64,000 bases of DNA from an uncultured Gemmatimonadaceae bacterium (GTDB lineage: Bacteria; Gemmatimonadota; Gemmatimonadetes; Gemmatimonadales; Gemmatimonadaceae): NCBI GenBank assembly GCA_963781585.1, contig CAWAGQ010000017.1, forward strand, positions 1-64,000. The letters run 5' to 3'. Below the pieces are notes generated by a model. That model made no database searches and was not told the DNA's origin. It saw nothing but the letters and a program-made list of their open reading frames with translations. Position 1 is the first letter of the stretch, and every line of letters starts with the position of its first letter. Of this stretch, positions 55,303 through 64,000 are shown piece by piece. Position numbers and translations under genes: made by a program.

Positions 55303-56408
55303 GAGCCGCCCCTGCTGCCTAACGGTTTATCGAGCAGCTTGCCCACGATCGCCCGGGTCTGCCGGGCGGCGCCCGCCACCTGATCGGCTTTCAATACCCG
55401 CAGCAGGTCCACGGTGAGCAGGAGCGATTTCCGGCGCACGCCGGTGGCGTCGCGCCGCCAGAGCAGGCCGGCGGTCCCGAGCGTGGTGACCCGCACCAGC
55501 GGCCCGCGGCCGATGCGGCCGTCGGCGTCATAGGCCAGCACCCACGACGCACCGAGGTGGTGCTTCCAGCCGCCGAACCACACCGTGACGCCGCCCGTCT
55601 CGACCGACAGCGACTGCTTCTCGGCGATCCGGTTGTCCCGGCGAGCCAGCTCGACGCCGGCAAACGGATGGAACACCACCAGATCGACGCGCGACGGATG
55701 GAATCGGGCGTCGCCGTTCCGCCCGATCCAGCCGCGGAGGAGCCGGTTCAGCGCCAGCTCATGCACCAGCTGACCCGGGCCGTTTGCCCGGTAGCGTTCC
55801 CATTCCCGGGCCAGCTCGCTGATCTGCGCCAGCGCTCCCGGTACGGTCTCGTAATTGACGCCGCCTAACAAGCGACTCACCGACCGGCTGGCCCAGCAGA
55901 CGCCTTCGGCCTCGTCCGGCCTGAGCGAATCCGACACCACCAGGCCCAGTGGTCGGGTCGCCTGGTCGACCTGGAGAATGCGCCAGCCGCCGTTCATGTC
56001 CTGAAACGGCTCGAACTGCAGGTACGCGTGCTCGTGCAGCGCGGTGGCGCGGGCTGCAAGACCCAGCTGCAGCACGCCGGGCAACCGATCGAGCACCTGG
56101 CCGAGTGCATCCTGGAACGTCTGGTCGAGCGCGGTGAACTGCGGCGTCGGCTGACGGCGTTCCAGACTGTCGAAGGTCGTCGCGATATCCGTCTGCAACG
56201 CGCGCAGCACCTCCATCCACTGCCTCGCCGCGATAGTCTCACCATAACGTGACTCGACCCGTGCGGGATGCAGCAGAACCGCGGGCGCATCGGCGCGCGG
56301 CGGCCCGGCGTTGCACGCGATGTCCACCTGAGCCGACGCGCCACGCGATGCGCCGAGAAAAAGCAGGGCGGCCGCGCCGGCGCGTCGACCCGTCGCCCGC
56401 GCGGTCAT
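55299..56408 (-). CDS. hypothetical secreted protein (helical N-terminal part, beta-rich C-terminal part)
   Basis: Signal peptide ending ASA-Q; ATGA overlaps with both neighbours. Confidence 0.7.
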   Translation of the reverse strand: MTARATGRRAGAAALLFLGASRGASAQVDIACNAGPPRADAPAVLLHPARVESRYGETIAARQWMEVLRALQTDIATTFDSLERRQPTPQFTALDQTFQDALGQVLDRLPGVLQLGLAARATALHEHAYLQFEPFQDMNGGWRILQVDQATRPLGLVVSDSLRPDEAEGVCWASRSVSRLLGGVNYETVPGALAQISELAREWERYRANGPGQLVHELALNRLLRGWIGRNGDARFHPSRVDLVVFHPFAGVELARRDNRIAEKQSLSVETGGVTVWFGGWKHHLGASWVLAYDADGRIGRGPLVRVTTLGTAGLLWRRDATGVRRKSLLLTVDLLRVLKADQVAGAARQTRAIVGKLLDKPLGSRGGS

Positions 56409-57517
56409 CGGCCGAAGCACGCGGTGCGTGCCTTGCCGATTGCCTTGAAGACGTCAACCATCGCCACCGCGAACTCCACCGGGCCGATGGCGTCGCCGCG
56501 GTCGTCCCACGCCTTGCTCACCCTGGTGGCGTCCTGCCGCAACGCGGTGAGGGCCTCGGCGCACGGGTCGCCTCTCGCCTTCGCGAAATCCCGCAGCGCT
56601 CTCTTCTCGGTGGCCGCGTCGATGGTGATGCCACACGCGGCGCGCAGGATGGGAATGTGAACCTGCGGGTGCTTCAGATAGGGTACCAGGCCGTGCACGT
56701 CGACGAACTTGAGTTGCTCGAGCTCGACGTCGCGATAGAACGCCACCGCCGGGTCCCACGATGGGCGAAACATGCCGATGTGCGCCACCGGGTCGGCCGT
56801 GTGGTGGGCGTTCAGAAACTGCCGGACAAACGCGGGAATGCGCGCATCGCCGGGCGCTCCGATGGGACGCACCGCCGAACTATGCGGATTCGCGATACTC
56901 TGGAGGACCTTGCTGACGTTCGAGATCGACGCGTACAGCTGGATGTCCATGTTCGCGAAGCCACCGAACTGCTCCGGAGCCGACAGCAGCTCGGCCAGCG
57001 TGTCGTGCAGGACGGCGGTGCCCAGCGAGTGGCAGATGAAGCTGCATGGCGGCAACGATCCCGCACCGTCCGACACCAGCGCCTGCGCAATCTGCTCGCG
57101 CAGGTGAGCGCGGATGTCGCGGTCGAAGAACAGGCGGTAGAAGAGGACATCGACCGGACCATTCCAGAAGAACGGCGCGTCGGTCTTGGAAATTCCGGCG
57201 AGCTGGCCGACTCTCCCCGGACCAAGCTGCGGGAACCGCCGGTCAAAGGCCGCGGCAACGTCCTTCGATCCGAATTCATCCCATGCGATGAGCTCACGGA
57301 TGATGATCTCGCAGTAGGACAGGGGCACGATCCGAACGCCATCGGGACCGGGTCTGAGCGAGACATCCGCCTGCGGGTCGTATTGCCGGGCCAGCGTGCT
57401 CAGCAGGTCGACCGTTGCCTTGGACCATGCTGCCGCGGCCGCGGCGGGCTTGTCCGTCGCGTCGTCCGGGGCCCGCTGTCCCACTCCGTGGAGCAGAAAG
57501 AGAATTCGTCGCGCCAT
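56405..57517 (-). CDS. alpha/beta-hydrolase (lipase-like) protein
   Basis: LLHGVG oxyanion region, CHSLG elbow, HTADPV, downstream H.L..YL.HP.V. Confidence 0.75.
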   Translation of the reverse strand: MARRILFLLHGVGQRAPDDATDKPAAAAAAWSKATVDLLSTLARQYDPQADVSLRPGPDGVRIVPLSYCEIIIRELIAWDEFGSKDVAAAFDRRFPQLGPGRVGQLAGISKTDAPFFWNGPVDVLFYRLFFDRDIRAHLREQIAQALVSDGAGSLPPCSFICHSLGTAVLHDTLAELLSAPEQFGGFANMDIQLYASISNVSKVLQSIANPHSSAVRPIGAPGDARIPAFVRQFLNAHHTADPVAHIGMFRPSWDPAVAFYRDVELEQLKFVDVHGLVPYLKHPQVHIPILRAACGITIDAATEKRALRDFAKARGDPCAEALTALRQDATRVSKAWDDRGDAIGPVEFAVAMVDVFKAIGKARTACFGR

Positions 57518-57699
57518 GAATACCGTCGTCGCGGTGGGGCGCATACGGTAGTGCCGCCGCGTCTGCGGCGCCAACATCGTATGAGAAGTTCCGATACATG
57601 CGGTAACCCGGCGGCTCACGAAGGCCCCCGCTCGTGAGCCGGTGAAACCACGCTGACGACGTGGTCGTACAGCGGTCAGGCACAACCCCGGGGCGCTCA

Positions 57700-60192
57700 A
57701 TGCAGGTGCTTCAGCCGCTTCGCCACGCCTGGAGATCGCTCCGGCGCACGCCGGCATTCACGCTCACGGCCACGACCACGCTCCTGATCGGCATCGGGGC
57801 GGCCGTCGCGACGTTTGCCGTGGTGAACGGAGTGCTGCTTCGGCCCCTTCCGTTCGGCCATCCGGATCGCCTGGTGGGCGCGTGGCACGATCTCCCGCCC
57901 CTTGGGCTGAAGCACACCCAGCAGACGTCCGCCACCTACTTCACCTACCAGAAGCTCGCCCACACCATCGAGGGCATCGGGGTCTACCAGGAGGGCGCGG
58001 TGAACGTGGCGCCTCCTGGCGACGCGTCACAGCCTCAGCGGCTCAGCTGCTCCTGGATTTCGGCGACGCTGATTCCGGTTCTCGAGGTCCGGCCCGCCAT
58101 GGGACGCGTGTTCACCGCGGCGGAAGATCTCCCGAACGGGCCCCACGTCGTGATCATCAGCGACGCGCTGTGGCACAACGCGTTCGGCGGCGATCCGCAA
58201 ATAGTGGGTCGCACCATGGACGTGAACGGGCTCACGCGGCAAATCGTGGGGGTGATGCCGCCGACGTTCCGTTTTCCGGCCACCGAGACGCAGCTGTGGC
58301 TTCCGCTGGGTCTTGATCCGGCCAGTCCGTTCCCCGGCGGGTTCAACTACAACGGCATCGCGCGGCTGAAGCCCGGAGTGACGGTGGCCGCGGCGCAGCG
58401 GGATTTCACCGCCGTGTTGCCCCGGATCGTCGAGCTGTCGCCGAACCTGGCGCCCGGTGTATCGACCCGGATGCTGCTCGATCAGGCCAAGCCGACTCCG
58501 CTGCTGGTGCCGTTTCGACAGGACATCGTGGGCGAGTTTTCGGGCACGCTCTGGACGGTGGCCGCGGCGGCCGGGCTGGTTCTCCTGGTTGCCTGCTTCA
58601 ATGTCGCGAACCTGATTCTGGTTCGTGCCGACAGTCGCCAGCGCGAGCTCGCGGTTCGGGAGGCGTTAGGCGCCGGGCGGCTGCGCGTGCTGGCGCACTT
58701 CCTGGCCGAAGCGGTCGTGCTGGCGTCGGTGGCCGGTGCCGGGGGCCTGGCGGTGGCCTGGGTGGCGGTGCGGCTGCTGGTGGCGCGCGGCGCGAACGCA
58801 GGGCAGGGGGTGTCGATCCCCCGACTCGCGGAGCTGGGGATCGACGCCAGGGCGGTGCTGTTCACGCTGGCGCTGGTGGTCCTGGTGGCCGTGATATGCA
58901 GCGTGATCCCGGCGCTCCGGATCGGCCGGGGGCAGCTGGCAACCGCGTTGCGCGAGGGGGGACGCACCGGCACCGCGAGCCGGCTGCAGCACCGCATCCG
59001 GGGCGGGCTGGTGGCCGGACAGATCGCGCTGGCCCTGGTGGTGCTGTCGGGGTCGGGTCTTCTCCTGCGGACGTTCCAGCGCCTCCACGCCGTGCAGCTC
59101 GGCTTCGATCCGGGCCAGGTCGCGACGTTCTGGCTGTCGCTGCCGCGGGCGCGCTACGCGAACGACACGGCGATCGTCCATTTCTTCTCGGAGCTCCGAG
59201 CGCGCGTCACGTCATTGCCGGGAGTCCGCGCAGCGGGACTGTCGTCGCGGCTTCCCCTGCAGGGGAACGGGATGAACCAGAATCCCTTCTATGCCGAGGG
59301 CGACGTCTCGGCGGCGTCGAAGATCCCACCGCTCCAGATCTACACCACGGTGGATGACGCGTACTTTCACGCGATGGGGATTCCCCTGCTCGCGGGACGC
59401 GGGTTCGACCGCGCCGATCTCCAGCGTCCGGACGAAGCGATCGTCAGCCAGCGGACCGCCGAGCAGTTCTGGAAGGACCCGACCGGCCGGGCCGCGTTAG
59501 GCAGGCGGTTCCGCGAGCTGCCGGGCGGGCACTGGCATACGGTGATCGGCGTGGTCGCCAATGCGCGCGACACGGCCATCGCCGCGCTCCCGTCCCAGGT
59601 CGTGTACTTTCCGGAAGTCATCGATCCGGACACCACGTTCAGCCAGACCTACCGGGCGATGGCCCTGGTGGTGCGCACCACGGGCGATCCGATGGCGGTC
59701 ACCGGGCCGGTCCAGGCGCTGGTGCGGGAGCTCGATCCTACTCTGCCCATGTTCGACATCCGGCCCATGACCGCGGTGGTGAGTGCCTCGGTAGCCCGCC
59801 TTTCGTTCATCATGCTCATTCTGGGGGCCGCCGCGGGGGTCACCCTCCTGCTCGGCGCGGTGGGGCTGTATGGGGTGATGGCGTACCTGGTCACGCTTCG
59901 CACGCGCGAACTGGGTGTGAGGATCGCGCTGGGCGCGCAGCCGGGTGCAGTGGCGACGATGCTCACGCGACAGGGGATGTGGCTGACGGCGATCGGCATC
60001 GGCGGCGGGCTGGCGCTGTTCCTGGGCGTCTCGCGTTTCCTGGGGTCGTTCCTCTACGGGGTGACGCCGACCGATCCGGTCACGCTCGGCGCGGCGTCGC
60101 TGATGCTGGTGGTGATCGCGGCGCTGGCGAGCTGGATTCCGGCGCGGCGCGCATCGCGGGTGGATCCGGCGCACACGCTCCGGGCGGAGTAG
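57700..60192 (+). CDS. ADOP/MacB-FtsX family duplicated ABC permease
   Basis: LRHAWRSLRRTPAF, ACFNVANLILVR, RELGVRIALGA, PARRASRVDP. Confidence 0.9.
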   Translation: MQVLQPLRHAWRSLRRTPAFTLTATTTLLIGIGAAVATFAVVNGVLLRPLPFGHPDRLVGAWHDLPPLGLKHTQQTSATYFTYQKLAHTIEGIGVYQEGAVNVAPPGDASQPQRLSCSWISATLIPVLEVRPAMGRVFTAAEDLPNGPHVVIISDALWHNAFGGDPQIVGRTMDVNGLTRQIVGVMPPTFRFPATETQLWLPLGLDPASPFPGGFNYNGIARLKPGVTVAAAQRDFTAVLPRIVELSPNLAPGVSTRMLLDQAKPTPLLVPFRQDIVGEFSGTLWTVAAAAGLVLLVACFNVANLILVRADSRQRELAVREALGAGRLRVLAHFLAEAVVLASVAGAGGLAVAWVAVRLLVARGANAGQGVSIPRLAELGIDARAVLFTLALVVLVAVICSVIPALRIGRGQLATALREGGRTGTASRLQHRIRGGLVAGQIALALVVLSGSGLLLRTFQRLHAVQLGFDPGQVATFWLSLPRARYANDTAIVHFFSELRARVTSLPGVRAAGLSSRLPLQGNGMNQNPFYAEGDVSAASKIPPLQIYTTVDDAYFHAMGIPLLAGRGFDRADLQRPDEAIVSQRTAEQFWKDPTGRAALGRRFRELPGGHWHTVIGVVANARDTAIAALPSQVVYFPEVIDPDTTFSQTYRAMALVVRTTGDPMAVTGPVQALVRELDPTLPMFDIRPMTAVVSASVARLSFIMLILGAAAGVTLLLGAVGLYGVMAYLVTLRTRELGVRIALGAQPGAVATMLTRQGMWLTAIGIGGGLALFLGVSRFLGSFLYGVTPTDPVTLGAASLMLVVIAALASWIPARRASRVDPAHTLRAE

Positions 60193-60209
60193 ACCGCGTG
60201 ATTGCGCCC

Positions 60210-61163
60210 ATGGCTTCCTCAGCCGCCGGGCGCCCGGTGATCGAGGTCAACGGCTGCCGCAAGACGTACGGCTCCCTGGTCGCGGTCGACGACGTGTCGT
60301 TCACCGTGAACGACGGCGAGATCTTCGGGCTGATCGGGCCTAACGGGGCCGGCAAGACGACGACCATGGAATGCGTCGAAGGCCTGCGCGCCCCCGACCG
60401 CGGCGCCATCATGGTGCTGGGACTCGATCCATTCCGCGACGTCTATCAGCTGCAGGAGCGCATCGGCGTGCAGCTGCAGCAGGCGCAGCTGCAGAAGCGG
60501 ATCACGGTGCTGGAGGCGGTTCACCTGTGGGCCGCGCTGTACCGCCACGCGCCGACCGATGGAGAACGCCTGCTCGAACAGCTCGGCCTGTGGGAGAAGC
60601 GGCACTCCTGGTTCATGACACTCTCCGGCGGTCAGAAGCAGCGGCTGTTCATCGCGCTCGCGCTGGTCAACGATCCGGAAGTGGTGTTCCTCGACGAGCT
60701 GACCACCGGGCTCGATCCGCAGGCACGGCGTGCCATCTGGGAACTGGTGCGGGCAATCCGCGATCGCGGCAAGACGGTGTTTCTGACCACGCATCTGATG
60801 GAAGAGGCGGAGCGGTTGTGCGATCGGGTGGCGATCATCGAGCGTGGACGCATCATCGATATCGACACGCCGGCCGGCATGGTGCGGCGCCACTGCCCGG
60901 AGCGCAGCGTCGTCCTCGCGACTGCGGCGCCCGGCGCCGAGGGCTGCTTCCGTACCATCCCGAACACCGATATGGTGGAAAGAGAAGAGAGCAGCGACGG
61001 AGAGCCGGCGCGCTACACCATCCGCGGTCATGGCGACGATCTGGTGACCGACGTGATCCAGTGTCTCTCCGACAATCGGATTCGCGTGACCGAGTTCCGC
61101 ACCATAATCCCGACGCTGGAGGATGTCTTCCTCCGGCTCACCGGGCACTCCATCCGCGATTAG
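60210..61163 (+). CDS. ABC-2 type transporter ATP-binding protein
   Basis: GPNGAGKT, LSGGQKQR, FLDELTTGLDP and TTH motifs. Confidence 0.93.
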   Translation: MASSAAGRPVIEVNGCRKTYGSLVAVDDVSFTVNDGEIFGLIGPNGAGKTTTMECVEGLRAPDRGAIMVLGLDPFRDVYQLQERIGVQLQQAQLQKRITVLEAVHLWAALYRHAPTDGERLLEQLGLWEKRHSWFMTLSGGQKQRLFIALALVNDPEVVFLDELTTGLDPQARRAIWELVRAIRDRGKTVFLTTHLMEEAERLCDRVAIIERGRIIDIDTPAGMVRRHCPERSVVLATAAPGAEGCFRTIPNTDMVEREESSDGEPARYTIRGHGDDLVTDVIQCLSDNRIRVTEFRTIIPTLEDVFLRLTGHSIRD

Positions 61164-61171
61164 CCACTGCC

Positions 61172-61921
61172 ATGCTGCGCGGACTCTGGCGCCTCACCTG
61201 GCTCGAAATCAGGATCTTCGCCCGGGAACCGATGGGCGTGATCGGTACGGTGGGGATCCCGGTCGTCGCGTTCCTGCTGCTGGGCCGGTTCTTTGCGCGC
61301 GACCTGGTGAGAGCCGGCGCCGGGGGACGCGCGTTCGCGCAGGTGGGAATCCCGGTCCTGGCCGCGGTGCTGATCACCGTCAGCACTGTGCTGTCGCTGG
61401 TGACGATCATCTCGATCTACCGCGAGGGCGGCATTCTGAAGCGGCTCCGTGCCACGCCGCTCCGCCCGCAAACCATTCTCACGGCCCACGTGCTCGTGAA
61501 GCTCACCTTCACGGCGATCACGGTGCTGATCATGGTGCTGGCCGGGAAGCGCTACTACCCACTGGGAGTGCACGCTCCGGTGTTGGCCTTCACGGTGGCG
61601 CTGCTGCTCAGCACGTTGAGCATCATGTCGGTCGGTTTTCTCATTGCGAGCGTGGTGCCGACCGCGAGATTCGCGCAGCCGATCGGTGCAGTGATTCTCT
61701 ATCCGATGGTCGGCCTCTCGGGGCTGTTCGTTCGGGTTGATGCGCTCCCCGGGGCGTTGCAGGGCGTGGCGCGCGCCCTTCCGCTCACGTACGCCGTCTC
61801 CTTGCTCGAGGGGATCTGGGTGGGAGAGCCATGGTCCGCGCACCTGGGTGACGTGGTCGCCCTGGTGGTGACATTCGTGGTATTCACCGCGATTTCGGCC
61901 CGGGTGTTTCGCTGGGAATAA
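61172..61921 (+). CDS. ABC-2 type transporter permease
   Basis: Six TMs; YREGGILKRLRATPL, LSGLF, LPLTYAV, FRWE. Confidence 0.9.
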   Translation: MLRGLWRLTWLEIRIFAREPMGVIGTVGIPVVAFLLLGRFFARDLVRAGAGGRAFAQVGIPVLAAVLITVSTVLSLVTIISIYREGGILKRLRATPLRPQTILTAHVLVKLTFTAITVLIMVLAGKRYYPLGVHAPVLAFTVALLLSTLSIMSVGFLIASVVPTARFAQPIGAVILYPMVGLSGLFVRVDALPGALQGVARALPLTYAVSLLEGIWVGEPWSAHLGDVVALVVTFVVFTAISARVFRWE

Positions 61922-62063
61922 GCACTGCGCAGGAGCCGTCCGAGGCCCGTCCCCACGACCGGGTTGCCGATCGTACGTGGGCGGGTCCACCCGCAGCCGA
62001 TCGTACGCGAGCGGGGCCCCACGGTGCCGCTTCCCACCGGTTCATACGCCGGTAGAATTGGGG

Positions 62064-62510
62064 GTGCTCAAACACGCGCTCCTTTACGGACTCCTCGGCG
62101 GCGTCCTGATCGCCGTGCTCCAGCTCATCGAATACCGGTGGCTGGTGGTGCAGTACTCCGTGGAGATCTACGGCGGGCTCGTGGCCGCGGTGTTTGCGAG
62201 CGTGGGCATCTGGCTTGGCCTCCGGCTCACGCGGCACACCGAAACCGTGGTGGTGCGTGAGGTGCTGGTCGCGGCGCCGGCCGACTTCGTGCGCGATGAG
62301 AACAAGCGCGAGTCCCTTGGCGTCACCCCCCGTGAACTGGAAATTCTGCAGTTGATCGCCGAGGGGCTGAGCAACAAGGAGATCGCTGATCGGGTGCACG
62401 TGACCGAAAACACGGTCAAGACGCATTCGAGCCGTGTGTTCAACAAGCTCGGCGCCCGGCGGCGGACCCAGGCGGTGCAGTTGGGAAAGGAGCTTCGGTT
62501 GATCCCGTAG
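62064..62510 (+). CDS. membrane-anchored LuxR-family regulator (2 TM + HTH)
   Basis: Two hydrophobic helices, then VTPRELEILQLIAEGLSNKEIA...NTVKTH. Confidence 0.9.
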   Translation: MLKHALLYGLLGGVLIAVLQLIEYRWLVVQYSVEIYGGLVAAVFASVGIWLGLRLTRHTETVVVREVLVAAPADFVRDENKRESLGVTPRELEILQLIAEGLSNKEIADRVHVTENTVKTHSSRVFNKLGARRRTQAVQLGKELRLIP

Positions 62511-62617
62511 TCGGGTTGTTCAGCGGCCGCGCGAGGCCGGGCTCATCGAGGTCGGTCAGCATGCAACCCATTCCCGACCGCCAACTTTCGCATGATTTCG
62601 CGCCGAATCGTCGAAAA

Positions 62618-62662
62618 TCATCCGTTCGGGTGACGCGCGCCGCGGCCGCCGGCTGATAGAAT
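62618..62662 (+). promoter_or_regulatory. putative LuxR operator palindrome plus -10 box of the DUF4199 promoter
   Basis: TCATCCG-TT-CGGGTGA (62618-62633, one mismatch); TAGAAT at 62657-62662. Confidence 0.55.
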
Positions 62663-62689
62663 CGGCCGTCCTCACCCCCTGGAGCTGCC

Positions 62690-63226
62690 ATGCGAAAGAT
62701 CGTGCTGACGTTCGGGCTCATTGCAGGCGCCATCCTGTCCGCGATGATGCTCCTGACCCTGCCGTTCCAGGACCAGATCGGCTTCGACAGGGGCGCGATC
62801 ATTGGCTACACCACCATGGTGCTCGCCTTCCTGATGGTGTTCTTCGGGGTCAGGTCATACCGGGATAACGTCGCCGGTGGAAGCGTGACGTTTGGCCGTG
62901 CGTTCGCGGTGGGCCTGCTGATCACGGCGGTCGCCAGCGCCTGCTACGTGGCCACGTGGGAAGTGATCTACTACCGGCTCGCTCCCGACTTCGGCGACAA
63001 GTACGCGGCGTACTCGGTCGAGAAGGCGAGAAGGTCAGGTGCCACCGACGCGCAGATCGCCGCGCGGATGAAGGAGATGGCGGACTACACCGAGATGTAC
63101 AGGAAGCCGCTGGTGAATGTCGCGCTGACGTTCCTGGAGCCGTTGCCGGTGGGACTCCTGTTCACGCTCGTTGCGGCCGGGGTGCTGAGCCGGAAGCGGC
63201 GGGCACCGGGCGCGGCGACCGCGTAG
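62690..63226 (+). CDS. DUF4199 membrane protein
   Basis: KIVLTFGLIAG, FFGVRSYRDN..GGSVTFGRAF..GL, PDF.DKY. Confidence 0.85.
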   Translation: MRKIVLTFGLIAGAILSAMMLLTLPFQDQIGFDRGAIIGYTTMVLAFLMVFFGVRSYRDNVAGGSVTFGRAFAVGLLITAVASACYVATWEVIYYRLAPDFGDKYAAYSVEKARRSGATDAQIAARMKEMADYTEMYRKPLVNVALTFLEPLPVGLLFTLVAAGVLSRKRRAPGAATA

Positions 63227-63229
63227 CCG

Positions 63230-63925
63230 TCAATCTTCCTTCCATGGATTGGTGGCGAACACGGCGAGTTCCGGCCAGAGTGCCCGCCGGGGCATCTCGA
63301 GGGCCGCCATGATCGTCGCGGCGATATCGTCCGCGAACAGCTTGTTCGGATTGTTCCGGCCGGTGCGGCCGCCGAACTCGGTCTGGACCTCGGATGGACA
63401 GACGCACACGACGCGAATGCTGTGCGGGCGCAGCTCCGCCTGCCAGCACTGACTGATCCCGCGCACCGCCCACTTGCTGCCACCGTACGCGGTCGCGCCG
63501 GGACCGCCCTTCATGCCGGACGTGGACGCGATGTTGATGATGTCGCCCTCCCCCTGCGCCTTCATCATCGGCACGACGCGGTTGGTGATGTCGGTGAGGC
63601 CGAAGACATTGACGGCGAACATCGCGCGCATCGCGTCGAGGTCGAGCGCACCGATCTCCCCGCGGTACGCGTACGCGGCGTTGTTCACGAGGACGTCGAC
63701 GCCGCCCATGCGTTCGCGGCAGGTGTCCACCGTTCGCGCGTTGTCCTCGCCGCTCGCGACGTCGGCCGTGAGGCCGTCTGCACCGGTCGCGGCCGCGACG
63801 CGCCCGATGCGCTGCGCGTCGCGTCCGGTGAACACCACCTGGTGTCCGGCCGCGCGGGCGCGTTGAACCACGGCCGCGCCGATGCCCTGGCTGCCGCCGG
63901 TGACGAGAAATCGACGGGTCTGCAT
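63230..63925 (-). CDS. short-chain dehydrogenase/reductase
   Basis: TGGSQGIG, LVNNA, NIAS, YGGSK. Confidence 0.9.
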   Translation of the reverse strand: MQTRRFLVTGGSQGIGAAVVQRARAAGHQVVFTGRDAQRIGRVAAATGADGLTADVASGEDNARTVDTCRERMGGVDVLVNNAAYAYRGEIGALDLDAMRAMFAVNVFGLTDITNRVVPMMKAQGEGDIINIASTSGMKGGPGATAYGGSKWAVRGISQCWQAELRPHSIRVVCVCPSEVQTEFGGRTGRNNPNKLFADDIAATIMAALEMPRRALWPELAVFATNPWKED

Positions 63926-64000
63926 GATCGAAGGGGTTGTGGTGTCGATCGCCAGGTGGCGACCGTGCAGACGTACCTTACTCCCCACGCGGCGCGGACG

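Overview
This is a high-GC (~69% by eye) bacterial chromosomal window. Gene content (several eukaryote-like Ser/Thr kinases, three ADOP/MacB-type permeases, a PadR regulator, a plant/Chlamydia-type FabI) suggests Gemmatimonadota; this is an inference. It contains a giant repeat-rich surface protein broken by probable long-read indels, cls and fabI, a peptidase/aminoacylase cluster, a GNAT-NSAR/OSBS-M20 operon, an atypical S8 protease, xfp/ackA, an ABC exporter and a membrane LuxR-DUF4199 pair. No rRNA, tRNA, CRISPR array or intact mobile element was seen. The most notable non-gene signal is a dispersed octamer, RCCTAACG/CGTTAGGY, with 27 copies counted by eye on both strands and in several reading frames. 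Other points of interest are a lipase-like/secreted/M15-peptidase three-gene operon, several genes that appear to have lost most of their body (VIT, ADOP, ccmC, Tat protein), a kinase with a catalytically dead trypsin domain, and heptamer tandem arrays in intergenic regions.
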